From Octopus vulgaris (taxonomy: Eukaryota): a stretch of 64,000 bases of DNA. Below are positions 11,974 to 24,147 of the stretch, piece by piece. The stretch lies in assembly GCA_951406725.2 (NCBI GenBank), contig OX597824.1, forward strand, positions 96,286,001 through 96,350,000, given 5' to 3'. Both the position numbers and the translations under genes were made by a program. The notes under the pieces are model-generated. The model searched no databases. It saw nothing but the letters and a program-made list of their open reading frames with translations, and was not told where the DNA came from. Each line of letters begins with the position of its first letter. Position 1 is the stretch's first letter.

Positions 11974-13570
11974 CTAAAAAACAGCAGAGAAAAATATACT
12001 TTTATAAATATGAGTGCATGTGGGGGGATGATTTTTAAACAGTAAAAAAACTATTGATGATGATCATCATTATCATTTAACGTCCATTTTCCATGCTGAC
12101 ATGGGTGGAATGGTTTGGCAGAAGCTGGCAAGCCAGAGAGCTGCACCAAGCTCCAGTTGTCTGTTTTGGCAAGCTTTCTATGGCTGGATGCCCTTCTTCA
12201 TGCCAACCACTTTACAGAATGTACTCGGTGCTTTTATGTGGCACCACTGCAGGTTCTTTGTGAGTGGAACCGGCACAGGTGCTCTTTACATGGCACTGGC
12301 AAGATAAATATCTGAAATGGAATTAGCAGAAGTCTTGAGTGAATGCCAAAATAATACAGTGCACCCAGAAGTCACTCAAGAGTGAGAATGGCTTGCTAAG
12401 GCCTGTACCATGCTTTCCTTAATTGGTTTTTGGTAGTTTAAGTAGTCACAAGCAGACACAGTTACTCTTTCAGCCCTCCAACTCTTGATCTAGTACAACA
12501 TCAAGGATGGAATAATGAGAGAGAGAGAGATAGAGAGGGTAGGGTTGCAGCAGTACCTGGCTGCTTCTTGATTTTAGCTGAGCAGACCAGAACAATGTGA
12601 AATGAAGTGCTTTTTTTTTTTCTTTCACACATGCCACCGGCACAGGTGCCAGTAAGGCGATGTTGGTAACGATCACGCTCGAATGGTGTCCTTCTACGTG
12701 CCACCAGCACGGAAGCCAGTTGGCTGCTCTGGCAACGATCATGCTCAGATGGTGCTCTTGGCACCCTACTAGCACGGGCACAAGTGCCAGTAAGGCAACA
12801 CTGGTAACGATCACACTCGAATGATGCCCTTTTACGTGCCAGCGGCACAGAAGCCGGTTAGCCGCTCTGTCAACAATCACCCTCGTATGGTGCTCTTTGC
12901 ACCCCGCTAGCACGGATGCCAGTTTCTCAAAAATATTGATTGTCAGATAAATTCCCCTTTTTCTCCATTTATTAAAATTTTTTTATCTCTTACTTATTTC
13001 ACTCATTAGACTGTGGCCATACTGGGGCACTGCCTTGAAGAATCTTAGTCGAATGAATCAACTCCTGTACTTAAGAAAAATAAAATAATAACTCTTGTAC
13101 TTATTCTAGTGGTCTCCTGTGCTGAGCTGCTAAGTTACGGGGACATAAACACACCAATGCTGGTTGTCAAGTGGTGGGAGGAGACAAACACTGACACAAA
13201 GATACACACAATCACAGTCACGCACACACACGACAGGCTTCTCTCAGTTTCTGTCTACCAAATCCAGTCAGAAAGTTTCGGCCAGCCAGAGGCTGTCGTA
13301 GAAAACACTTGCTCAAGGTGCCACACACTGGGATTGAACCCAGAACCATGCAGTTGGGAAGCAAACTGTGCCTGGTAGAAATCACTGATTTGTTAAAATG
13401 TCGATGAAAAATAAGCATATTAAATAAACGGGGCAAAAAAAAAAACAAATAAATTTATCTGACCCAATACAATCTGCTACCCAGTCCAGAAATTGAACCC
13501 AGCAAATACTAGTCCATGTACCTTCACAATGTCAAGATTATTAAGAAATAATAAAAGAAAATACTCTAAC

Positions 13571-13643
13571 CTGAGTGAAAAGTATGGTAAATATAGCATG
13601 GGATCGACTGCTAACATCATTCATATTGGTGGCCGCTGTTGTC
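13571..13643 (-). CDS. KIF16B: KIF16B-like exon 9, switch I (TTAATNMNDVSSRSHAIFTILFTQ)
   Basis: TAG/GTTAGA boundaries, 73 nt; NxxSSRSH motif. Confidence 0.96.
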
Positions 13644-14245
13644 CTAATAACAAATATTTTTGTGTTTAATAAAATTACATCCAAAAGTTTTATAGTCAAC
13701 ATTTTTATGTTTTGTTATTAGTTTTTAAAGTAAAATCGTCTGAATAGTATTTTTAAAAGATGTTTATATTCAAGATTTATATAACTTTGAATATGCAGTC
13801 ATAATATTTGCATCTTCTAAGCATTTTACCTGTTAATATTAGGTTGGTCTGATCAGAGCTGGCAAGTTGGAGAGCTGTACCAGCCTCCAGTCATCCGTTG
13901 TGGCAAGCTTTCTATGGCTGGATGCCCTTTCCTAATGCCAACCACTTCACAGAGTGCCACTGGGTGCTTTTTACATAGCACTGGCACAAGTGCTTCTTAT
14001 GTGGCACCATCAACAGTGCTTTTTACACGGCACCAGCATCCAAAATAATAAATATCAAATTAATATTAGATTAATTTATTATGAGGGAAGAATCATTCAA
14101 CCAACTTTACAAAGTGTATTGAGTGTAGTGCTGTGCTTGAATGTAATACACTTGAACTTGTCTAAATTCAAGCAAACTAACAACACATTGGAATCAATTG
14201 AGAAATGATTTTACCATTTTACAGAGAAACTGAAATGCATTTTAC

Positions 14246-14315
14246 CTGTTAATATTACCATAATCCATCAGGCTCTTAATGTCCTCATAGTTATGGACAT
14301 AATGCTTTGATAACT
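14246..14315 (-). CDS. KIF16B: KIF16B-like exon 8 (LSKHYVHNYEDIKSLMDYGNINR)
   Basis: CAG/GTAAAA boundaries, 70 nt, phase 1-2 fits neighbours. Confidence 0.93.
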
Positions 14316-14770
14316 CTGAAATACAAGAATAAGAAATTCATTTTAAGATCTACCTGATGTGAGAGAGTATTGTTATACGTTTTTATTTATAGGCTGGTTA
14401 ACTTGCTTTTTTACTCCAGTACATTCAAAGTACAATATATATATAAATATATGCATATATACATACATATATGTACATACCTACATATATATGTATATAT
14501 ACATGCATATATGGGTACAGGACATGAAAAAAACGTTGAACACAATGAGAAACAAAAACATAGAAACAAACTTTTTTTGAAACAACGAAAAAAACAGAGA
14601 AATGAGACATACAACATAAAGAATATTCCCCTTCTTCAGTTGTCCCTGTCTCATCTACTCTGTGTTTCGATATATATATGTATATTATAATAAAGGGTAA
14701 AAATCATTAATGATTTTACCAAGGGGTCAGTATGGAAATAAAAACCTTATGGGTGAATTTTACAAATATC

Positions 14771-14920
14771 ATAATAATTATATACATAATTATAACAAAG
14801 GATTGGCTATAAGCCTCTCCATGTGCTAGAAATAGATGCCAAAAGACGTTAATACCACCTTAAAAACTCCAAGAGGCTTATAACCAATCCCTTGTTATAA
14901 TTATGTATATAATTATTATA
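14771..14920. repeat. Inverted repeat, ~48-bp arms
   Basis: ATAATAATTATATACATAATTATAACAAAGGATTGGCTATAAGCCTCT pairs with AGAGGCTTATAACCAATCCCTTGTTATAATTATGTATATAATTATTAT. Confidence 0.8.
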
Positions 14921-15038
14921 ATTTAAATATATATAGTAAAAGGTGGGATGTAATATCCAAGCAGATACCAAATTTCTCTATGTAAAATGCCAAGGCTAGT
15001 TCCTTCAGGTGGTGTATTTTATGGTAAATTTCCTTTAA

Positions 15039-15078
<40 letters not shown>

Positions 15079-15391
15079 CATACACACATGCATGCTTGCC
15101 TTCCACACAATTTCTTTCTATCATATTTACTTACAAGACAGCCCAGGGCTATAGTAGAAGACACTTGCCCAAGGTGATGTGCAGTGAGACTGAACTCAAG
15201 ACCACAAGGCTTAGAAACGAACTTCTTAACCATGCAGTCACGCCTGTGCCCATAAATTAAAGACAAAATTGATATTTTTTAACTAAAAGAGGAGGAGGTT
15301 TTCACCACCTTTAATCTAAGGACCATTTTAATTCTAGAGCATCTATTCTTTTAGCTACAGAGTTAGTTAAAGAGACCAAAGATCTCATTAC

Positions 15392-15510
15392 CTTGAACGT
15401 AAGGACCGTCTTTGGGATGTTCTCGAACTCGAAGTGTATGGAGGCCTTTATCATCAGCATGAGTTTTCTGCAGCAAATCTCGAACTTTTTCGTTGTAAAT
15501 TTCTAAAAAG
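15392..15510 (-). CDS. KIF16B: KIF16B-like exon 7 ([13 protein letters not shown]...[14 protein letters not shown])
   Basis: CAG/GTAATG boundaries, 119 nt; EIYNE.VRDLL and VREHP..GPYV motifs. Confidence 0.96.
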
Positions 15511-15879
15511 CTGCGAATGAGAAGTAGTTCCCAAAATATAATTAAACGCTTTCTCGTTAAAACACAACACAAATACACACACACACACATACACATGATG
15601 GGCATCTTTGATTTTCTGTTTACCAAATCCACTCATAAGGATTTGGTTGGCTCAGAGCTACAGAAGAAAACATCTACCCAAGGTGCCACACAGTGGGACA
15701 GATCTTGAGACCCTATGGTTAGAAAGCATTCTGCTTAACCACATGGTCATACCTGCACCTATGCAGAATATTAATCTCTGCCCTCTGCCTCTCCTATCAA
15801 TCTGACAACACACAGAAAAGAACAACACCAAATCAATTCTACCAACAGTTGATCATTCTCCCATGTTACACTTACTCAC

Positions 15880-15932
15880 CTGACTTCTGTTCGATAACTG
15901 GAATTACCATCAACCATCCTAGAAAATAGTTC
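15880..15932 (-). CDS. KIF16B: KIF16B-like exon 6 (ELFSRMVDGNSSYRTEVS)
   Basis: CAG/GTGAGT boundaries, 53 nt, in frame. Confidence 0.93.
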
Positions 15933-16416
15933 CTGCAGAGAAATCAAACACAAAATATTCATTATCCAACAATAACAAGAAATTTTTAAATGGGATGAAA
16001 TATTATTATAATCATCATCATCATCTTCATCTTCATTGTAAAACATCCACTTTCCATGCTGCCATGGTTTGACCAAGAACTGGTAAGCTGGGAGGCTGCA
16101 GCAGGCTCCAATCTTGATTTGGCATGATTTCTACAACTGGATGCCCTTCCTAATGCCAACCACTCTGAGAGTGTAGTGGGCGCCTTTTACATTCCATCAG
16201 CATAGGAGCGAGTCAGGCGGCACTGGCATCGGCCATGTTCGAACAGTACTGTATATGTGCCACCGGTATGGGTACCAGTCAGGCGGCACTGGCATCAGCC
16301 ATGCTTGAATGGTGCTTTTTATGTGCCACCAGCACAGCTGCCAATCAGGCAGCACTGGCATCGGCCGCACTCGAATGTGGGTATATAAAGTTTTAATAGT
16401 TAAAATATAAGAAATA

Positions 16417-16815
16417 TAGGCACAGGTGTGGCTGTGTGGTAAGAAGATTGCTTCCCAACCACATGGTTTCAGGTTCAGTCCCACTGCGTGACACCTTGTG
16501 CAAGTGCCGTCTACTATAGCCTCAGGTTAACCAAAGCCTTGTGAGTGGATCTGGTAGGTGGAAACTGAAAGAAGCCCATCATGTGTGTGTGTGAGTGTAT
16601 TTTTGTGTGTGTTTGTCCCCCCACCATCATCACTTGACAACCAGTGTTGGTGTGTTTACATCCCTTAACTTAGCGGTTTGCAAAGAGACCGATAGAATAA
16701 GTACTAGGCTTTAAAATAAGTCCTGGGGTCAAATTGTTTGACAAAATCACTTTAAGGCAGTGCTCCAGCATTGCCACAGTCTAATGACTGAAACAATTAA
16801 AAGAGTAAAAGAATA
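16417..16815 (+). mobile_element. tRNA-derived SINE family A
   Basis: Colinear with 55673-56079. Confidence 0.8.
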
Positions 16816-17846
16816 GAAGAACCAAGATTATAGCTGTGTCCACGTTCCGTTGAAGGTGCATGACCAAGTGGTTGGGGTGCCGCAACCACAATCTAGCGAT
16901 CATGGTTTCAGTTCCCAGACCAGGCGGGGTATTGTGTTCTTCTTGAGCAGAAAACTTCATTTCACGTTGCTCCAATGCCCCTTTCAAGCCAGCAGGAATG
17001 TTGACCTTCTCGCCCAGCCAGCAGGGTAGCATCATTCGATGGCTAAAACAATGCAAAATCATGTGGTGACCCGGTGATGTAGTCTGGCTGGTCATGTGAT
17101 CACGTGATATCAGTTACAAGTCAACCAGCCATAAACTCCAGTCATGCAGAAACCATCCAAACCAAAGTTTCCTTTATGTTAATGACTTGCATTCTTATTG
17201 TGCTGGAATTTGTGCCTTGGAGAACATATTTCACTGGTGATCACGAAGAGGTGAGGATTGAAGTATGGCATACCTGATATCATTACACTTTCTGAGTACT
17301 TCCCAAGGATTCAATTACTGATCTGTACCACTGAGTTGAATATGTAGGACTTCCTGTGGATCTAACCCTAACCCAGCAATGGAAACTAACAAGGCAGCTA
17401 AAAACTACATGTCAGAAAACAGGATAGCTTTATGGGTGGGTAGATAGACAAACCAGTGGCATAGCTAGAGTATATGTGTCTGGGGTAGCCCTCAAATTTG
17501 CCTCCCTCCCTAGACCAATACAGCTAATGCAGGCTCAGCCAACTTCAAATTGCCACACCCATAAAAACTTGCCTGGAGTGGACTGCCCTCATCATCCCCA
17601 ACACCTTGGCTCTGCTATTGTGACACACAACTGAACAGATATTATCTACCTTTATTTTAACTTATTTTAGCAACATCAACTAAAAACTATCATTACAAAC
17701 ATATAGCTCTACCTTGCATATAAGGATTATGATGCAAAATAACCCAGTGATAACAATAAGAGAAATTGCTAACAATAACTAATGTTACTGTTGATGATGG
17801 TTAAATATAGAATATTTATCAAAAGAGAGCTTCAAACCGTACTCAC

Positions 17847-17879
17847 CTTACATATCCTTGGTATCAGCCCATGATCATC
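17847..17879 (-). CDS. KIF16B: KIF16B-like exon 5, 33-nt small exon (DDHGLIPRICK)
   Basis: CAG/GTGAGT boundaries; kinesin GLIPRIC motif; phase 0-0. Confidence 0.93.
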
Positions 17880-18466
17880 CTGGTCAGAAAATAATTAAAA
17901 GTACAAGTTATTGAATGATATAGAAGGAAAACATAATTAGATTTCTTTATAATTAACAACAAACTTCAGATCATTTGGGGCCAGTGTTTTCCTTTTACTA
18001 TAAATTCCTTCTGGCCAATATCTTGAGAGTAACAAGAAAATGTAGATCTATTCCAACTCAATCACAGATTTTTTAATTAATTTTTTTAACTAAACAGTTT
18101 GAAACTTCGAATACTGGTAGAATTTCTCACATAGAACACAGTTTACTCTGAACGTTTTTCACAAAATTTGATATTTTAGAAGCTATTTCGTGTTAAAGTT
18201 TTGTCGTGTCTAATAAAGACTTTTATACTGACGAAATGTGTTTGTTGTTGATTATAGTAAGATGAAATCATGACAATAACAATACATCTCACAGTTGTAA
18301 AAGAAGGCATTTTGAAACTACAAACACGTCAACAACTATAAAGCTAGCTGCGATTCTTCAAACAGAGTGGTGACATTTAGAAGAGATGATGCAATAGAAC
18401 GTGGTGGTACTGACTTACAAAAACATTCACTATACTTCATAGTATATTGTTTACATAACAAAGTTG

Positions 18467-18800
18467 TGGAGGCGCAATGGCACAGTGGTTAGGGCAGCAG
18501 ACTCGCGGTCATAGAATCGCGGCTTTGATTCCCAGACCGGGTGTTGTGAGTGTTTATTGAGCGAAAACACCTAAAGCTCCACGAGTCTCCGGCAGGGGAT
18601 GGTGGTGATCCCTGCTGTACTCTTTCACCACAACTTTCTCTCACTCTTACTTCCTGTTTCTGTTGTACCTGTATTTCAAAGGGCCGGCCTTGTCACTCTC
18701 TGTGTCATGCTGAATATCCCCGAGAACTACGTTAAGGGTGCATGTGTCTGTGGAGTGCTCAGCCACTTACACATTAAATTCACGAGCAGGCTGTTCCACC
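18467..18800 (+). mobile_element. tRNA-derived SINE family C
   Basis: GGAGGCGC.ATGGC..AGTGGTTAGG head, TTGTG..TTGAGC.AAACAC core; relatives ~3343-3590, 16855-17100, 20990-21328(-), 23185-23490(-), 25395-25630(-), 25670-25908(-), 37187-37510. Confidence 0.78.
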
Positions 18801-19124
18801 ACATAACAAAGTACCACATACCTATAAATCTAATATTTACGTACCAGCTTCCAGGAATGTGTCTAATATGTAAATTGGAATATCCAAAAACTTAATACTT
18901 GTATGTGGTAGCTACATAAGCAATGTGTTCGGAGGCAAGAATGGGTTGGATGAGCGCAGATGAAGCGACAACAATCCCCAAAATATGGTATATACACTCA
19001 TTACCCACTTTTGTGGCTTATCTCATTGTTTGTTTATATCTGACATCCCAATACGAAACGTAGCAAAAACCAGAAAGGATACCTGTAGAAAAAACCTTAA
19101 CAAAAACGATGATGATTGACTCAC

Positions 19125-19241
19125 CTGGTTTCCCATCATGGTGTAACTCTTACCCGAACCAGTCTGACCATAAGCGAATACGCAGGCATTGTAGCCATCA
19201 TATGCTGATCGGACCACATCAAGACCAAGTGACTGGAAAAC
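19125..19241 (-). CDS. KIF16B: KIF16B-like exon 4, P-loop ([39 protein letters not shown])
   Basis: AG/GTGAGT boundaries, 117 nt; [20 protein letters not shown] Walker A motif. Confidence 0.97.
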
Positions 19242-19599
19242 CTTAAAACAAAAGAACAACAGATTTAATAAACAAACAATGGAAATATTATCTGAACTTC
19301 ACAAAAGCATAAATTGGGCAAATCAGTACCCAGAAAATGTTTAGTTTTGCATGGGTGTGGCTGGGTGGTAAGAACTTTGCTTCCTAACTAAATGGTTTTG
19401 GTTTCAGTCCTACTGTGCGACATCCTGGGCAAGAGTATTGTAGTGTAGCCTTGGGCAGACCAATGCCTTGTAAGTGGATTTGGTAGATGGAAACTGAGAG
19501 AAGCTCATTGTATATTCTTTTACTCTTTTACTTGTTTCAGTCATTTGACTGCAGCCATGCTGGAGCACCGCCTTGACATAAATATATATTTTAATTTTG

Positions 19600-20180
19600 G
19601 TCATAGAGTTACCAACGGTTTCATATCCACAAAAGCAAAACCTTGTGGACAGATCGGCAGACTCTATACAAAGACAAAAAATTTTTATTTTCTACGTCAC
19701 GGATGTAAAGAAAAGCTTCAAAATCGAGATTTAAGTCTCAACATATAACAATGTTAATGAGGATGGGTTGTCTCCCCTGAACAAGAGGCTAAAACAACCC
19801 TCAAAGACCCGGAAAAGCCTGACTAGCAAACGGGGAGATCCCATTTTCCAGTAGGTAGCACTTGAAGTGGACACATTTAGAAAACGCTTCTTTATGACTA
19901 TTTAATGTGCCAGGTTTAGTAGAGTCCTCAAGAATTTTGGTTCTCTCCGCAATGCAGATTTTGCAAGAGCCACTTCCATTACCATAGGGGTCTGGATGAT
20001 CTATTATTTTCCACCTGATATCATACAGGGTCCCTTGATCTTTTGAGGTGCCACACATGGCAGGCCTGGGACGTGACAAACTGTCTTTCTGGAACAGTGA
20101 AGGATGACTGCTGGTTGTGGAAGTGACGTTTCCCTAATATCACTGCCACAGATGATGAACAAACCATTGTCATAGACACA
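19600..20180 (-). mobile_element. Penelope-like element, GIY-YIG endonuclease C-terminal relic
   Basis: WKII....Y.....C..C..E...I........LN...E..SKC.H pattern. Confidence 0.65.
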
Positions 20181-20690
20181 GTCAGGGTGATCAACCCCAC
20201 ACCATATGACTGGCCCTTGTGCCGGTGGCATGTAAAAAGCACCATCCATACGTGATCGATATCAGGCCCGCCTGACTGGCTCCCATGCCAGTGGCATGTA
20301 AAAAGCACCCACTACACTCTCGGAGTGGTTGGCATTAGGAAGGGCATCCAGCTGCAGAAACACTGCCAGATCAGACTGGAGCCTGGTGCAGCCGCTAGAT
20401 CTCCAGGCCTCAGTCAAACCGTCCAACCCATGCTAGCATGGGTTACAGCTGTTAAACGATGATGATGATGATGATGATGATGATGACACATGTCTGTGTA
20501 TATCACGTGATAGCTGTAAGCGAATGTCACGATTGTACAAGCAGTGTCCTTTGTTATCAATCTTCTGAGATATGTCTAGTCATGGGGAAACACTACCTTA
20601 CTGGGCAGCAGTCATTCTAATTGTCCCTAGAGCTATTCTAATTTGATCACTGAATACAAATAAAGACAAGAAAAGATAAGCAATACTAAC

Positions 20691-20810
20691 GTGGTCCTGA
20701 CTGGCAAAATTTGAAGCTTTTGAGGCAGACCAAAAAGAAAAATCAAACGTGAATTCTTTCACTCTCATTGATTCCCGGCCACAATCTCCTTCTGATACAG
20801 TTTCAGGAAT
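20691..20810 (-). CDS. KIF16B: KIF16B-like exon 3 (IPETVSEGDCGRESMRVKEFTFDFSFWSASKASNFASQDH)
   Basis: TAG acceptor / GTTAGT donor, 120 nt; kinesin-3 FTFDFSFWS..ASQ motif. Confidence 0.93.
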
Positions 20811-21550
20811 CTAAAAACGGAAACGGTAGACAGTAAAATATTGTAAATTAAAAACAAAACAAAAAAGAAACATGCAATTCTCAGAGAACAGGTGTTAATG
20901 TAGAAATTATTTATAATCAGGCAAAACTGAAAAGAAGAATAAAAGTTATTATTAGTATTTGATTAGTAAATTAAAAACTCAAAAAGGTAAGAGTAAAGAC
21001 TCCCTTTGGTCAAAACTGACCATGGGATTGCACCTAGAAAATTACCCAATTCTGGGCAAGCTTGTTTATGGAAGACCAGCAGTCACTGATGCATACCAGC
21101 CTCCTCTCCTCTCCCCAAGCCACTGATGTTATCCATGGGAAAGGCAAAGGGGCCAATACAACTTGGCACCTGTGATGTCGCAACTCATTTCTACAGCTGA
21201 GTGAACTGGAGCAACGTGAAATAAAGTGTCTTGCTCAAGATCACAACACATAGCCTGGTCTGGGAATCAAACTCACTACCTCATGATTCTAAGTTTAATG
21301 CTTTAACCACCGAGCCATGTGCCTTCACAACAGAACAAAATGAAGATAATAAAACAAATGATAAAATATTAATGGAAATATCTTAAAAAAAAAAAAAGTA
21401 TTGCCAGTAATAAATTAGACTGTATCAAATAATGATTTCAAAAGCAATTAGCAGCTTGCTACATAATTAATATATTTTATAATTACACCTTCCTATGGGA
21501 TGGTGGTCTCAGAGCTGACCTCAGAATACAATATTTTATCAAAAATTTTA

Positions 21551-21942
21551 CTTTACTCTTTTACTTGTTTCAGTTATGTGACTGTGGCCATGCTGGAGCA
21601 CCACCTTTAGTCGAGCAAATCAACCCCAGGACTAATTCTTTGGAAGCCTAGTACTTATTCTATCAGTCTCTTTTGCTGAACTGCTAAGTTACGGGGACGT
21701 AAACTCACCAGCATCGGTTGTCAAGAGATGTTAGGGGGGTCAAACACACATACACATATAAATACATATACATATATACAACGGGCTTCTTTCAGTTTCC
21801 GTCTACCAAATCCACTCACAAGGCTTTGGTCGGCCCGAGGCTATAGTAGAAGACACTTGCCCAAGATGCCACACAGTGGGACTGAACCTGGAACCATGTG
21901 GTTCGTAAGCAAGCTACTTACCACACAGCCACTCCTACGCCT
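21551..21942 (-). mobile_element. tRNA-derived SINE family A
   Basis: Reverse complement of 55673-56079 along its full length. Confidence 0.85.
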
Positions 21943-23759
21943 TTCTTCATCCATTAAGAACTAACCCCCTTTATTTATGAAAATGAGGATGGAGAGTTGT
22001 GGGAAGATACAGCAAGCTGAGCTGGTAAAACTGTGACGGAGTATTTAGTGTGTCAGTCTTTTACATTTCAAGTTAAAATCCTACGAGTATTGAATTGGCC
22101 TTTCATAAAATAAATACATACAACATACTAGCCTCATATTATGCCTATTCAAGAAATGAATATCAATATTAATAGAATAATGTTTGTCTTTTACTACATT
22201 TAATTTGCTTTTCAATTCATTTTAGAAATTGCTATAAACTTACACAATTAAACTACAGATTGTGTCACTATAATATGAAATTTGATCTTTGTAAAGAAGC
22301 AGTCTGTCAAAGTAGAATTTTAAAAGTTATGAACCTCGGTTGAAAACAGAGTAGAGTAGTGTACGAGTACAACTTTGAAATTGTTTAGCCAAGTGATTAT
22401 GATATTACATTCTACAATCATAAGATTGTGGTTTCAATTCCCAGACAGGGTGCTGAATTGTGTTCTTGAGTAAATTGCACTTAATTTCCTGTTGCTCCAA
22501 TTCCCTCAGCTGTTGACTCTGCGACAAACTGTCGCTCCACTTGAGTTTGTTGGGGGTGGGTTGGGGGTGTGGTTGTAATCTCAACTACTTATACATTGTG
22601 GAAACCAGGTTAAGTCCTGGCCTTATGAGTCCTATGGTTCATGACAGATCTAAGGAATACAATGCCGACCCTTATAAAGGATATATTAGTTCCTATGTAG
22701 TTGAATGTAATTTGATAAGAAAACCCTGAGAAAAATTAATTTGCCATCTTTAAATGTATTTTGCTTCCACATTCAGTAGTTTTAGGGCTAAAAGCCTACA
22801 GCAAAGAGAGAGCATAAGGTCAATGTAACTGCAACCTTTTCTTGGGTTTATTTTCATCAGCTATTGATGTGTGTGTGTGTGTTACTATCGCCTTGCCTTA
22901 TCAGCAATAAGCCTCAAGAAAGTAGTGTCCTATATTTTCAATCTTTCATGACGACATATCTGGTTTTGAGATAATATCACTTTGCTTGGAAACAGGTGAG
23001 GATTGGTGACAAGAAGGTCATCTGGCCACAGAGAATCTGCCCCAACAAATTCCATCCAACCCATGCAAGCATAGAAAAGTGGATGTTAAAACAATGACAA
23101 TGACGAGTAAATCTTGTGACTGAATACAATATAAACCTTGTGATTGAGTAGGACAATCAGGTTACCTAAAAAAATCGGGTGAAGACGGCCCCTTGGTCAT
23201 GAATGACCATGGTATTGCACTTACAGAGTTTCCCTCTGAGGCACAAGTCTGGTAAGGTTTTTTTAATGGAAAACCAGCCTCTCCTCACCACACCACCGAT
23301 CCTATCCAAGGGAAAGGCAAAGGGGTCGATACAGCTTGGCACCAGTGACGTCACAACTCATTTCTACAGCTGAGTGAACTGGAGCCCAGTGAAATAAAGT
23401 GTCTTACTCAAGAACACAACACGCAGCCCGGTCCAGGAATTGAACTCACTGCCCCATGATTGTGAGCCTGATGTTCCAACCACTGAGCTGTAACTAGTAA
23501 ATCTAAAATTAAGTGGTTTCTGGTTTCAGTGATACCATGTCCAGGCTTCACTTATTTTCCATTCCTGTTTAGAAACTCTCATCTATGGCCCAATCAAGAT
23601 GGACATAGCAACCCTTAATAACCTATAATTGGATACATTTGATCTTTACACGAAAGTATACGGCAAATGATTATTTGTTTCATAACAAAAGCTATCATTT
23701 TACAGTGTAAATAATAGGTCCCTCTTTTATATAAGAAAGAAGGAAAGACAAAAGATCTT

Positions 23760-24147
23760 TTTTTTTCGTTCTTTTTTTACTCTTTTTACTTGTTTCAGTC
23801 ATTTGACTGTGGCCATGCTGGAGCACCACCTTTAGTCGAGTAAATTGACCCCAGGACTTATTCTTTGTAAGCCTAGTACTTATTCTATCAGTCTCTTTTT
23901 CTGAACTGCTAATTGACGGGGACGTAAACACACCAGCATCGGTTGTCAAGCAATGTTGGGGGAACAAACACAGACACACACAAACACACGACGGGTTTCT
24001 TTCAGTTTCCGTCTACCAAATCGACTCACAAGGCATTGGTCGGCCCGGGGCTATAGTAGAAGACACTTGCTCAAGGTGCCACGCAGTGGGACTGAACCTG
24101 GAACCATGTGGTTGGTAAGCAAGCTACTTACCACACAGCCACTCCTA
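23760..24147 (-). mobile_element. tRNA-derived SINE family A
   Basis: Reverse complement of 55673-56079. Confidence 0.85.

Noticed and set aside
17713-17760. Minus-strand ...ATATGCAAG|GTAGAG encoding ..GLFCIIILICK, resembling exon 5 (GLIPRICK) as a possible mutually exclusive exon
   Set aside because: No AG acceptor at a suitable position and the PR motif is absent; likely coincidence
18467-18540. tRNA-like sequences at SINE heads (also 3343, 37187, 55673)
   Set aside because: They continue into SINE bodies and lack a complete cloverleaf and terminator; not called as tRNA genes
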